Shown one piece after another: positions 40,201 through 51,862 of a stretch of DNA of 64,000 bases. Both the position numbers and the translations under genes were made by a program. The first letter of the stretch is position 1. Each line of letters opens with the position of its first letter. Origin of the DNA: Camelus ferus (lineage: Eukaryota); NCBI RefSeq assembly GCF_009834535.1, contig NC_045696.1, forward strand, positions 5,520,001 to 5,584,000, written 5' to 3'. The notes below the pieces were generated by a model. The model ran no database searches and had not been told where the DNA came from. It worked only from the letters and a program-made list of their open reading frames with translations.

Positions 40201-40300
40201 TCTGGTTGGCTGAATAGGCCTGTAATTGTGAGTTTTGGTGTATTTCTGGGAGAGGGTGAGCTACAAGCATCCTTCTACTCCGCCATCTTGCCCGATGGAG
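37237..40300 (-). mobile_element. Nested antisense L1 (~3.06 kb): 5'UTR + ORF1 + 3' end, ORF2 missing
   Basis: Perfect 19-bp TSD TCCATGTCATTTCATTTTT (37218-37236, 40301-40319); polyT at 37237; 5' end CAAGATGGCGG on the minus strand at 40280-40290. Confidence 0.93.
38121..38954 (-). pseudogene. L1 ORF1 (disrupted)
   Basis: MKKQRNHSQLK..., NLRIMGVPEGEE, ENFPNL, RPTPRHIIIK, IRLSADLS and ARREW..YPARLSF, split by a stop and frameshifts. Confidence 0.92.
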
Positions 40301-41009
40301 TCCATGTCATTTCATTTTTATTTCTCTTGGTTTTAATCTACTGTAATTGATTATACACAGGTTTCAAATATTTTTATCCTCTTTTCTCCTTTTTTAAAGG
40401 TTTTTAAAAGATGTCTCAACCCGATTGCTATTCTGCTTCAACTTGCTCTTCTATTATTCATTATAAACTGTTTTCAAATCTTTTTTTCTGCCTTCTTTTA
40501 AAATTCCCTCTTTATTTTTTTTATCTGTTCCATTTTCTATTACCTTTTTAATTTCTACTTTCTGAATAATTGTATATGTGTCCAGTTTTAATTCCTTTTA
40601 AACTTTTCTTTAAAGTAGTTATATTATTATTTTTTAAATCCACCTGATTTCATTTTCATTTCTTTTGATTTTCATCTCCTGTTATTGATTATACTCGGGT
40701 TTCAAATATTGTTTTTTTAATCTTTTTTCCTTTCTTTTAAGGGTTTTTAAAAAGACATTTCAACTCGATTGCTAGTCTGATTCAAATTGCTCTCTATTAT
40801 TGATTATACACTGTTTTCAAACCTTTCTTCTCCCTTCTTTTAAAATTCTCCTTCTCTCTCTCTCTCTCTCTTTTTTTTTTTAAGTTTTATTCCTACATAG
40901 GCATTAGATAGATAAATAAACTCCTTAAGGACGACAATAGATAACTGATACTCCATAAGCCACAGTGCCAGAGAGATATGAGCAAGATGAAGAAGCGGAG
41001 AAACCATTC

Positions 41010-44000
41010 CAAAGATTGAGAGTGAAAAGATGGAAGGGATATTCCATGCAAATGGAAAAGCAAAAACAGCAGGTGTAACAGTACTGATTTCAGACAAAAT
41101 AGACTTTAAAACAAAGGCCATAAAGTAAGATAAAGAAGGACATTTTATAATGAAAAAAAGAGTGATACAAGGTGAGGATATTACACTCATAAATATATAT
41201 GCACACAATATAGGAGTACCTAAGTACATAACATGATTACTAACAGAGATAAAGGGGGATATTGATGGGGATACAATCATTGTCTGAGATTTTAACACCA
41301 CATTAACATCACTAGACAGATCTTCCAGACAGAAAATAAATAAGGCAACAGAGAATCTAAATAATACAATAGAAAAATTAGATATGGTGGATATCTTCAA
41401 AGCATTACACTCCCCCCTAAAATAGGATATACATTCTTTCCAAGGGCACATGGAACATTTTCTAGGGTTGATCATGTACTTGGGCACAAAAGAAGCCTCA
41501 ACAATTTTAAGAAGATAGAAATGATCTGAAGCATCTTTACTGACCACAATGCCATGAAACTAGAAATCAACTACAGAGAAACAAAAGATAAAAAAAAAAG
41601 GAAAGCATGGAGATTAAACAACAATCTATTAAAAAATGAATGGTCAATGAAGAAATCAAAGTTGAAATTTAAAAAATACCTTGAGACAAATGAAAATGAA
41701 AACACCACCACACAAAATTTATGGGACACAGCAAAGGCAATGATGCAAGGGAAGTTTATAGCGATACAGGCCTTCCTCAAAAAAGAAGAACAATCTCAAA
41801 TCAACAATCTAACCCACCAACTAAAAGAACTAGAAAAAGAAGAGCAAAAGATCCCAAAAGGCAACAGAAGGAAGGAAATAACAAAGATCAGGGAGGAAAT
41901 ATACAAAATAGAGATTTTTAAAAACCATAGAAAAAAATCAAACCAAAGGCTGGTTTTTTAAAAAGTAGATAAAATCAACAAACCTCTAGCCAAACTCACA
42001 AAGAAAAAAGAGAGAGCACAAATAAGCAAAATAAGAAGGGAAAATTGAGAAATTACAACAAATAAAATAGAAATACAGAATATCATATGAGAATATTATG
42101 AAAAACTATATGAAACCAAGCTGGATAACCTAAAGGAGATGGACAAGTTTCTGGAAACATACAGCCCACCAAGACTGAACCAAGAAGAAACTGACCACTT
42201 GAACAAACTGATCACTAGAAATGAAATTGAATAAGCAATTAAAAAAAACTTCCCTACAAATGAAAGTACAGGACCAGACGGCTTCACTGGGGAATTCTAC
42301 CATACAAAGAATAACTCATACCAGTCCTTCTCAAACTCTTCCAGAACATTGAAAAGGAGGGAATACTCCCAAACTCATTCTATGAAGCCACAATCACCCT
42401 GATACCAAAACCAGGCAAAGACACTACCAAAAAAGAGAATTATAGGCCAATATCACTGATGAACATAGATGCAAAAATCCTCACCAAAATATTAGCAAAT
42501 AGAGTCCAGCTGACAATAAAAAAAAAATTATACATCATGACCAAGTGGGGTTCATGCCAGGGACACAAGGGTGGTTCAACATATGCAAATCAATCAATAT
42601 AATACATCACATCAACAAGAAAAAGGACAAAAACCATATGATCATCTCAATAGATGCAGAAAAACCATTTGATAAAATTCAACACCCATTTATGACAAAA
42701 ATTCTGACCAAAGCGGGTATACAGGGAACATATCTCAACATAATAAAAGCTATATATGACAAACATACAGCCAGCATAGTACTCAACGGTGAAAAACTCA
42801 AAACCTTCCCACTAAAATCTGGGACAAGAAAAGGCTACCCACTATCACCACTCCTATTCAACATAGTCTTGGAAGTCCTAGCCACAGCAATCAGGCAAGA
42901 GAGAGAAATAAAAGGGATCCAAACTGGAAAAGAAGAGGTAAAGTGTCACTATATGCCGATGACATGTTACTGTATATAGAAAACCCTAAAAGGTCCACAC
43001 AAAAACTACTAGAACTGATCGAAGAATTCAGCAAGGTAGCAGGTTACAAGATTAACGTTCAAACATCAGTGGCATTTCTTTACACTAACAATGAATCAAC
43101 AGAAAAAGAAAGTAAAGAAACAATCCCCTTTAAAATAGCACCTGAAGTAACAAGATACCTAGGAATAAATCTAACCAAGGAGGTGAAAGAATTACATACA
43201 GAAAACTATAAACCATTGATGAAGGAAATTAAAGAAGACTTTAAAAAATGGAAAGATATCCCACGCTCTTGGATTGGAAGAATCAATATTGTCAAAATGG
43301 TCACACTGCCCAAGGCAATCTACAAATTTAATGCAATCCCTATCAAATTACCCAGGACGTATTTCACAGAACTAGAACAAAGCATTATAAAATTTATATG
43401 GGGCCACAAAAGACCTAAAATTGCTAATCACTACTGAAGGAAAAGAAAGAGGCTGGAGGAATAACTCTCCGAGACTTCAGACAATCCTATAGAGCTACAG
43501 TCATCAAGACAGCATGGTATTCATACAAAAACAGACATATAGATCAATGGAATAGAGAGCCCAGAAATGAACTCACAAACTTTTGGTCAACTCATCTTTG
43601 ACAAAGGAGGCAAGAATATACAATGGAATAAAGACAGTCTCTTCAGCAAATGCTGTTGGGAAAACTGGACAGCAGCATGTAAAGCAATGAAGCTACAACA
43701 TTCCCTTATACCATACACAAAAATAAACTCAAAATGGATCAAAGACTTAAACATAAGACAAGATACAATAAACCTCCTAGAAGAAAATATAGGCAAAACA
43801 TTATCTGACACACATCTCAAAAATGTTCTCCTAGAACAGTCTACCCAAGCAATAGAAATAAAAGCAAGAATAAACAAATGGGACCTAATGAAACTTACAA
43901 GCTTCTGCACACCAAAGAAAACCATAAGTAAAACAAGAAGACAACCTACAGAATGGGAGAAAATGTTTGCAAATGTAACCGACAAATTCTTGATCTCCAG

Positions 44001-44337
44001 AATATATAAGCAGCTCATACGACTTAATACAAAAGACACAAACAACCCAATCCAAAAATGGGCAGAAGACCTAAACAAGCAACTCTCCAAGGAAGAAATA
44101 CAAATGATCAATAGGCACATGAAAAAATGTTCAAAATCACTAATTATCAGAGAAATGCAAATCAAAACTACAATGAGGTATCACCTCACACCAGTCAGAA
44201 TGGCCATCATACAAAAATCCACAAATGATAAATGCTGGAGAGGCTGTGGAGAAAAGGGAACCCTCCTACACTGCTGGTGGGAATGCAGTTTGGTGCAGCC
44301 ACTGTGGAAGACAGTATGGAGATTCTCAAAAGACTAG
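41010..44337 (+). pseudogene. L1 ORF2 (EN/RT), with multiple stops and frameshifts
   Basis: Fragments in the ORF track at 41554-41961, 42545-42979, 42943-43437 and 43567-44337 lie in different frames. Confidence 0.93.
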
Positions 44338-45384
44338 GAATAGACTTACCGTATGACCCAGGAATCCCGCTCCTGGGTATGTATCAGAAGGAACCCTACT
44401 TCAAAATGACACCTGCATCCCAATATTCATAGCAGCACTATTTACAATAGCCAAGACATGGAGACAGCCTAAAAGTCCATCAACAGATAAATGGATAAAG
44501 AAGAGGTGGTATATTCATACAATGGAATAGTATTCAGCCATAAAAACCGACAACATAACACCATTTGCAGCAACATGGATGTTCCTGGAGAATGTCATTC
44601 AAAGTGAAGTAAGCCAGAAACAGAAAGAAAAATACCATATGAGATTGCTCAAATGTGGAATCTAAAAAAAACCAAAACATAAATACAAAAAGGAAACAGA
44701 CTCATAGAACACAAACTTACGGTTGCCAAGGTGGCGGGGGGGTGGGAAGGGATAGACTGGGGTTTCAAAATGTAGAATAGATAAACAAGGTTATACTGTA
44801 TAGCACAGGGAAATATACACAAGATCTTATGGTAACTTACAGAGAAAAAAAAAGTGACAATGAATATATATATGTTCATGTATAGCTGAAAAATTGTGCT
44901 CTACACTGGAATTTGACACAACATTGTAAAATGATTATAAATCAATAAAAATGTTATAAAAAAAAAACTAGTGTACGAAAAGTCTTCTCCATAAAAATTT
45001 ATGGCAGCTTTTATCAAAATAGCCAGAAACTAGAAATGACTCAGATGCCCATTAACAGATAGATAAAGAAACAAATTACCAGAGGATAATCCCATATTCA
45101 GCAACAGAAGGGTACAAACCAACATGGATGAATCTCCAAAACATTTCCAAGAGGGAAGGAAGCCAGACAAAGAGAAAATAGCTGTTTTCCTCATTTATCT
45201 GAAGTTCTAGACAAGGAACTCAATGGAGTCAGAAAGCAGAGTGGTGGTTGCCTGTGGATGGGCTGGAAGGCAAAGGAATGCAAGAGAATGTACCCGGTGA
45301 TAGAAATGTTCTGATCTTGATGGACAGAGGTGTTGGACATGAGTAAGCACATTTCTCAGAACTCATCAAACAATTAACATTGGT

Positions 45385-46965
45385 GCCGTGGTTATAATAT
45401 GAAATACATCTGGTCTTTATCTGCAATTCCTGGAACAGAGCTCCTGAGACCCTTGGAACTCCATTAGTGATAAGAGATAGGAATGTTTTTGTATATCTGG
45501 TCTTTATCTGCAATTCCTGGCACAGAGCTCCTGAGACCCTTGGAACTTCCTAGTGATAGGACACAGGAGTGACTTTGTTATTCATAAGGAGCCCGTTTGG
45601 ATCATCAGATAACTGGGGAAGGGGGAGAGGTGTGGGGGGAGTTTAGGTGGCTTCAGGTTGAGAGTTGGTTTCCAGGAAAACCAACCTTGTGATGAGAAGG
45701 TTAAACGGATCAGCACCACCTGCCCCATCTTCCAGGAAGGGAGAGGAGCTGAAGATTATGTTCATTCACCCACCTAATGATTTAATCACGTGAGCCCACA
45801 CAAAGAAACCTTGATTTTAAAAAGAGGAAAAGTGTTTTCCCTCCCTTGCCATGAGACAATTTGCTTGTGGCTCCCCATGGTTGCAGACCTGGTATTGCAA
45901 TTCTCTGTTAGCCCTAAAATGAACCCATTTTTTACTGAAATGAATGAATCCTGAAATAAATCCATTTCTTGCTGGAATAAATGAATGAAAGTTAGGGGAA
46001 GCTTCCCAGTTGCTGAGCATGTCAGTGAACTGGGAGGGTGGTGTCTTCCTGCTCCACAGGGACAGAGGCACCTGTGCAGGTTCCTGAACAAAAACGTTTG
46101 TGTGCTGGACACAGAGTGAGGCCAAACAAACCAAACCATTGGAGTCTGGAGCAGAGAAAAGTTTACTGTGATTCTGAGCAAGGAGAATGGGTAGCTCATG
46201 CTCGAAAACCCTGAACTCCACAATGCTTTTCGGGGGAGAAGTTTCTATAGGCAAAATTTGGGGTGGGGGCTGCCAGTTGTGTTTCTTCTGATTGGCTGGT
46301 GGGGAGATAACAGGGCTGGTACTCCAGGAACCTTGTGCTCAGCCTGAAGTTGCCATCCTCCACGTGGGTGGGGGCCTTAGTTCCTGCAGAAGATCTCAGA
46401 GATACAGTTAAGTATGTTCCTTGAGGAGGAACCAGGACCCTGCCCAAGGCTGCACTGTTGTTTCTTGACTGCTCCTCCCTTGTCTCTGCGTTCCCTCCCT
46501 TCCGTGATTAGCAACTGTGTGAAGCTGCCCCTTGGAACTCAGGGAAGGTCAAGGAGGCTGAAGGAAGCCTATGTCCTACTAACAAGAAGTGGAGGACATG
46601 GAAAGGATCTGTACGAGGGAGGACCCCACGGGGTCCTGCTCTGTTGCATGCTCAGGACCCTTCTCTGTATGGCTGGTCATTTGTACCTTAAATAATGGAT
46701 TATGTGTATTGTGCTTCACTGAGTTCTGTGAGTCATTTTAGCAAATTGTCAAGCCTGGGGCAGGGCAGGGGGAATGTCTTGATTTGTAGTCCTCCAGACA
46801 GAAATGCAGAAAGCTTGGGGCCCCCATTTTCAGCTGGCATCTGAAGTTGGGGCAGTCTTATGGGACTGAGCCCTTAACCTGGAGGATCTGAGCTAACCCC
46901 TGGGGTTAGTGTCAGAATTGAATTGTAAGACATCCCGCTAGTGTCAGAAAATTGGAGAACCGGCT
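45385..46965 (+). mobile_element. MER21-like LTR with internal tandem duplication and nested LTR pieces
   Basis: TCTGGTCTTTATCTGCAATTCCTGG.ACAGAGCTCCTGAGACCCTTGGAACT occurs twice (~45409 and ~45496). The 3' part GGCATCTGAAGTTGGGGCAGTCTTATGGGACTGAGCCCTTAACC..GTCAGAATTGAATT resumes after the inserts. Confidence 0.65.
46075..46645 (-). mobile_element. ERV1 LTR nested in MER21-like element
   Basis: GTGAGGCCAAACAAACC..TGGAGCAGAGAAAAGTTTA..GCTCATGCTCGAAA..CCCTTGGAACTCAGGGAAGGTCA motifs typical of laurasiatherian ERV1 LTRs. Confidence 0.65.
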
Positions 46966-46969
46966 AGTG

Positions 46970-47400
46970 CAGTGCCAACTGCTGTCTGCCGAGGCCCTGC
47001 CACCCCCACTCCTGGGCTCTCAGATGTCCACCTGAAATGCCTCAGAAAACAAAGTACACCCTTTCCTGCTGTGTGTTTGCCCTGGCAGAATTAACAGCCC
47101 TGGGAAACTTCTAGCCTCACAATGGCTGACTTGTCTCAGCCCGTGTTTCCTCCTTATCGGAGTCATAAATCCCACTGTCTCTTCACAGACACTAACTCTC
47201 TTACCTCACTTATAGCCAGTCAAAGTGTGTTCCCCTATCCACCCTCGGTGCTCACGCAGACACCTCTCATCTGTGTGGCCCACTGTTGCCTTTAGCAGCG
47301 TGTCTATGAAACTTCTCCTTTGTTTCTCAAACTTCCCTTTGTCTTTGGTAAATTCTTTTACCGCCCTCAGCACCGGCCAGCCATGTCCTCCAACAGCTAG
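46970..47400 (+). mobile_element. LTR fragment (MER73/74-like)
   Basis: TTGGTAAATTCTTTTACCGCCC..CAACA end motif. Confidence 0.45.
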
Positions 47401-47899
47401 TGTTGCAAAAACAGCACAGGTGCCTATTACTATATAAATTAATCCTCAATGAAGTTGATTGAAAAAGAAAAAAATCTACCGCCAAACAAAGGGTTTTCAA
47501 ACTGTACCCTGAATTGAGTCCCCATAGAGGTCAAGGTCTCCACAATTATACTCAGAGCGGCTCTCCCTCCGTCTGATTTTCACACTGCAGATCCTTCTGA
47601 CCAAAGAGTTCCATGGCTTAAAGAATATGCATTAGAAAACCACTGGTTCCTCTGTAAAAGTCCACCAGGAATGATCCATTTGATTGGCTCCTACAGGTAA
47701 GGGAGAAAGAACTGGGTGTTCCCAGGGTCTAAATTTCTTCTGGCCAGAATTTTTTAAACCCAGGTGCACATCTTAATAATCTGAGGAGCTTCGAAGAATA
47801 CTTTGGTGTCTGAACCCCACCAAGAATCTTCATAGTGGGTCAAAGATGCCATCGTGGTAATAAAAATTCAAGCCAAGTGGGGAACCATCGACAGGTGTC

Positions 47900-48445
47900 T
47901 TCAGGAGACACGCAGAACTCCCATTCTCCTACCTCAGTGTTGCACAGAGAATCTCCAGATAGCACAGTGTGAAATAAAATTCCTATCTTATGGCAAGACA
48001 AGAAAAAATTTAAACATAAAAAATGTCTTCACAGCCCTTTGACCTCCTCTCCCCCGACTGCGCGTTGTGTACCTGTGTCATGCATCGGCCAAACCTCCCC
48101 CACTGGCAGGAACACCTGCTCCACCATCAAAAGCAACATTCTCCCAGCCTCAACAAGACAGCTCCTTGGAAGATAACATCCCTTCTTGATCTTGTAAGTC
48201 GCCCAACCGGATGACGCTTAGATCTGGGTTAGGATGACGCTTAGATCTGGATTGTGTAAACTGTCAGTAATACATCATTTGATGTACAGCCCTGTGTCTC
48301 GAAAAACTTATAAACCTTGATTTCTAACTGGTGGGCCAGTTTTCAGAGTTTTCTGAGATTCTCTTCCCAGGTTATAATCCTCAAATTTGGCTCAAATAAA
48401 AATTTCCATTTCCTTCTCAGATTGACTGATTACTTTTTCATCAAC
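47900..48445 (+). mobile_element. ERV1 LTR (MER34-like)
   Basis: CCCAGGTTATAATCCTCAAATTTGGCTCAAATAAAAATTTCC..TTTTCATCAACA 3' end; internal 23-bp tandem duplication. Confidence 0.6.
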
Positions 48446-50944
48446 AACAGAAATCTTTGTGTAACTACTCTGAAACGCCATCAAGGTGCATTTCTAGTCG
48501 GTTTGACCTACCAGTATTTAAAGGTTTAAATCTCTATGAATCTAGTCAAAGCCTGGAGAAAGCTGTCTGTAGATACTACCTAAGGAGAAGTCCTCAGAGA
48601 AAAATAAAACCAGGTTGCATTTCTCTGCTTTATTTTTGCAGAATCTGAGGAGAAATTAGTCTATGAGTGTGAAGCTTTTTAATATAAGCTTTATTTTCCT
48701 CCTTAGATAACTTTTGTTTCTTTCCAGGGGGTAGACAAAGAAAATAAACGTTTTTTATAATGGACCACAGAGAAAGGTGACCTGCTACAAAACAGGCAAA
48801 CTAAAATTCATGTGCTGGGATTAAGGCGTATTCACCTTATTAAGTCATCCCCAACTAGGGGCCAGAAGGAACCATCCTCTCAGCTACAAATACCGTGAGG
48901 GGCTGGCTGCTTCTGGTGCATCACTGGACAGCAGTTGACAGGTAAGCCCCAGAGGATTCTGGGTGCATCCTTCAGCATCAGTGGGTGGGGTGCACCTCAG
49001 GACAACCAGACTGGAAAAGGCAGATGACAATTTTTAGGGGTTTTTTCTCTATAACCTAAGGTTTAGGATCTGAAGCCACCAACCAATTTCTAGAGTGCTG
49101 TGGGCTGACAGTGGTTCAGATCCCTCTAGAACTGGGGCTGGCATTGGTAGCCACAGCGAGAAGGGAATGGAATTGCCCTCTGATGATTAACTAAGAAATC
49201 AGCCCACGACAGATCACAGCTGAGAAGGGCGGGTCACCTTCCTCCAGGGCCTGAATACCTTGACCGTGACGTGGAGTCTAAAGACAGACTATGTGGACCA
49301 GAGGACTCCAGGGAAGAAGGCGCTCTTAGGACAAGGCCCACACTGCCCTCCGCCCGTCCAGGCACTGTCCCAGGGGCATGGCTGTGGTCAAGGACAGAGT
49401 GGAAAGGCTTTGCTGGGGAGGCTGGTCCTGGCCTTGCAGTGGGACATACATAGATCTCAGTCCCCACGTGGCCATTTCCAGGCTGTGTGACCTCACACGA
49501 GTACTGAACGTCCTCTTGCCTCAGTTTCTTTATCCGTAAAATGGGCACCATGTCTACCTCACCGAGTTACTGTAGGGATCACGTAGAGCCCTTAATACAG
49601 AGCCTGACTCACAATAGGCACCCAATAAACACTAGTGGATAAAAATACTGTGAAACACAATGATCAGCAACCTAATTTTAATTCTAAACTGTAAGTTTGC
49701 TTCATGTGTCGGTGAGAGGAGGCATTCCACTCCTGAGCTGACAAGATGCATCTGTTGGACTTGAATGAGTTCCCCCCACATGCTTCCCCAACCCCCACAC
49801 CCCCTCCATCCAAGCTACTCCCAACCTCCTGGCTGAGCCCTGTCCGGTTTGAATATTCCACCCCTGGAAGCATTACTGCATCTTTAAACAACCTCCAGAT
49901 CTCTAGTTCTGGAAGACAGCTGACCTACGGATGTGAAATTCAAAGAGGAGGATGGGTTTTAATAGCTTTTAACAATGCACAATATTTTGCCCAAAATTAA
50001 TTATCTTGGATGAAAGCATTTTAAATGATACACTAATTGACTGACCAATTCGCGTGGAGGGTGTTTGTTTGTTTTTCTCTGTCCAGTGGACAAATACCTA
50101 ACCCCCGCTTTCTGATCCCAACAGTACCCTCACCTGCAGGCACCAGGGGAGCTCCCAGGACAGCAACACTGTATCAAGAAGCTTCTCTTTCATCACCACC
50201 TAGTGGTCCTTCTTTATTATTACAGCTCACTAGGGTCACCTTCCATTCACCAGCTGTGCGCAGCTTGGACACTTACGCACTGTTTTTTAAAGAAAATATT
50301 TTAAAACATTCTTCAAGGAATTTTGTAGGCAATCCATTCCATTCCCTTTCTACATCTTTCACATTTGATCAGAAAACTCAGTGACAACCACAAACCCCCC
50401 CTTAACTCTTATCTCAGATCCTTGAACCAAAGGAAGATTTCAACCTAAAAAAAAATACTAGGAAACCCCTAGGGGGAGGTGAGGGGAGTGGAGAACAGAT
50501 GAGGAGAAGAAAGCATTTACTGTTCGGTCATTAGAAAAATGTGCTCCGTTTTTTGTGTACTTGCTTTCCAAATTAAAAAAGAAACTGTTACTTTGAATGT
50601 TCCATCTGTAGACTAATAAATCAACTCTCTAGCCTTCTATTGGCTTCAGATCATCACATAATTACTCCATGTCGCTGGCCTTTTCTTTTTTGCAGAAGGA
50701 TTTTGTTTATTTTCACTTGGGTTTTCCTTTTGAGTTATTCTTTTGTACATATTTATAATGTTGTTTAGTTTCTAGAAGCTTCCTGTATTGATAAAGCATG
50801 CGGCTTTTTTTAACTCTTCTTTTTTTTTTTTTTTTTTTAAGGAAATGTAACGGTTCATTTCGTGAAGAGGCTAGGTCTCAAATAGTACTGTCAGAAATGT
50901 CTCTTTTCCTCACTTGCCTTCTTTTTCACTGTGTGGTTTTCACT

Positions 50945-51035
50945 TTTTTCCCCCTTGATGGAAGCACTGGGGATCGAACCCAGGACCTCGTGTACACCAG
51001 GCATGCGCTCTACCACTGAGCTACACCCCCCACCC
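50945..51035 (-). mobile_element. Vic-1-type SINE
   Basis: CTGGGGATCGAACCCAGGACCTCG..GCTCTACCACTGAGCTACACCCC. Confidence 0.8.
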
Positions 51036-51764
51036 TAAACTATCTTTTGACATCACACAGTCCATATTTGTCACTGGGCCACTGGAGCCACTAGTCACTG
51101 GTGGTTAGTGTGACAGGTGAAACCAAATCTCGAAGAGAAGTGATACTAGTCATATAATATTATTGATGTAAGCGATTTTTGCATTTTAATAATAATTTAT
51201 AAAGAAAATAAAACATGGGTAAATAAAAATGCTCTCCTAGAACATTACTGACTATAGAAAGGCAACATAGGAAAAAGTTCAATTTAAATAAGTGACCTGG
51301 TTTGTTATTTTTGCTTATTAGCACAAATACTTATTTTCATTTAAAAACAGGAGAAATAGGAGGAAAATTGGCACCTCACTAAATAAACTGTCTCCATCCC
51401 AACAGCAACCACTTAGGGCCTACTTGAGCATGGAGTTTCTATAAAACTGTGCACGTTTTTCAGATAGGACATAATTTAACTCAATGAACTACAAAAGAGA
51501 CATTAATTTTCAGCTATATGAATTTCCATTTCACTGCAGTCTCTCATCCTATTTTTAACAAAGGGAGAATTGTTTCCAAAGTTGTCTACTTCAATGATTT
51601 GGAACAAAATAATCTTAATTCTCTTTTAAATGCCTCTTTTTGTTGCCAGGGTAACAGGAAAAGAGCTGTTTGTTCCAGAGTTCCCGTGATCCACACGACT
51701 TCTGCTACCGTGGATGACATTTCCAACAGCCACAAACACGCTTAGCTGCAAAATCAATAGGCAG

Positions 51765-51862
51765 TTTACATCCATCAAGTCATCACGCTGTACTCCTAAA
51801 ACTAATACAATAATACAATGTTCTGTGTCAATTACATTTCAATAAAACCAAAAAAATATTTT
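51765..51862 (+). mobile_element. Very short L1 tail with 13-bp TSD
   Basis: AATCAATAGGCAG at 51752-51764 and 51863-51875 flanks TCATCACGCTGTACTCCTAAAACTAATACAAT..AATAAA. Confidence 0.75.

Larger units (their letters stand above)
35813..44966 (+). mobile_element. Host L1: full 5'UTR, ORF1 almost wholly deleted, disrupted ORF2, 3'UTR and polyA
   Basis: Starts GGGAGAGGCCAAGATGG. The ORF1 start (40978) is fused at ~41010 to the ORF2 endonuclease. RT motifs [28 protein letters not shown] and [11 protein letters not shown]-domain HCWWEC. TSD-like ACTTGTGTAC (to 35811) / ACTAGTGTAC (to 44976). Confidence 0.93.

Noticed and set aside
40840..41547. 235-aa minus-strand ORF (also 43587-44165)
   Set aside because: Antisense frames of L1 ORF2.
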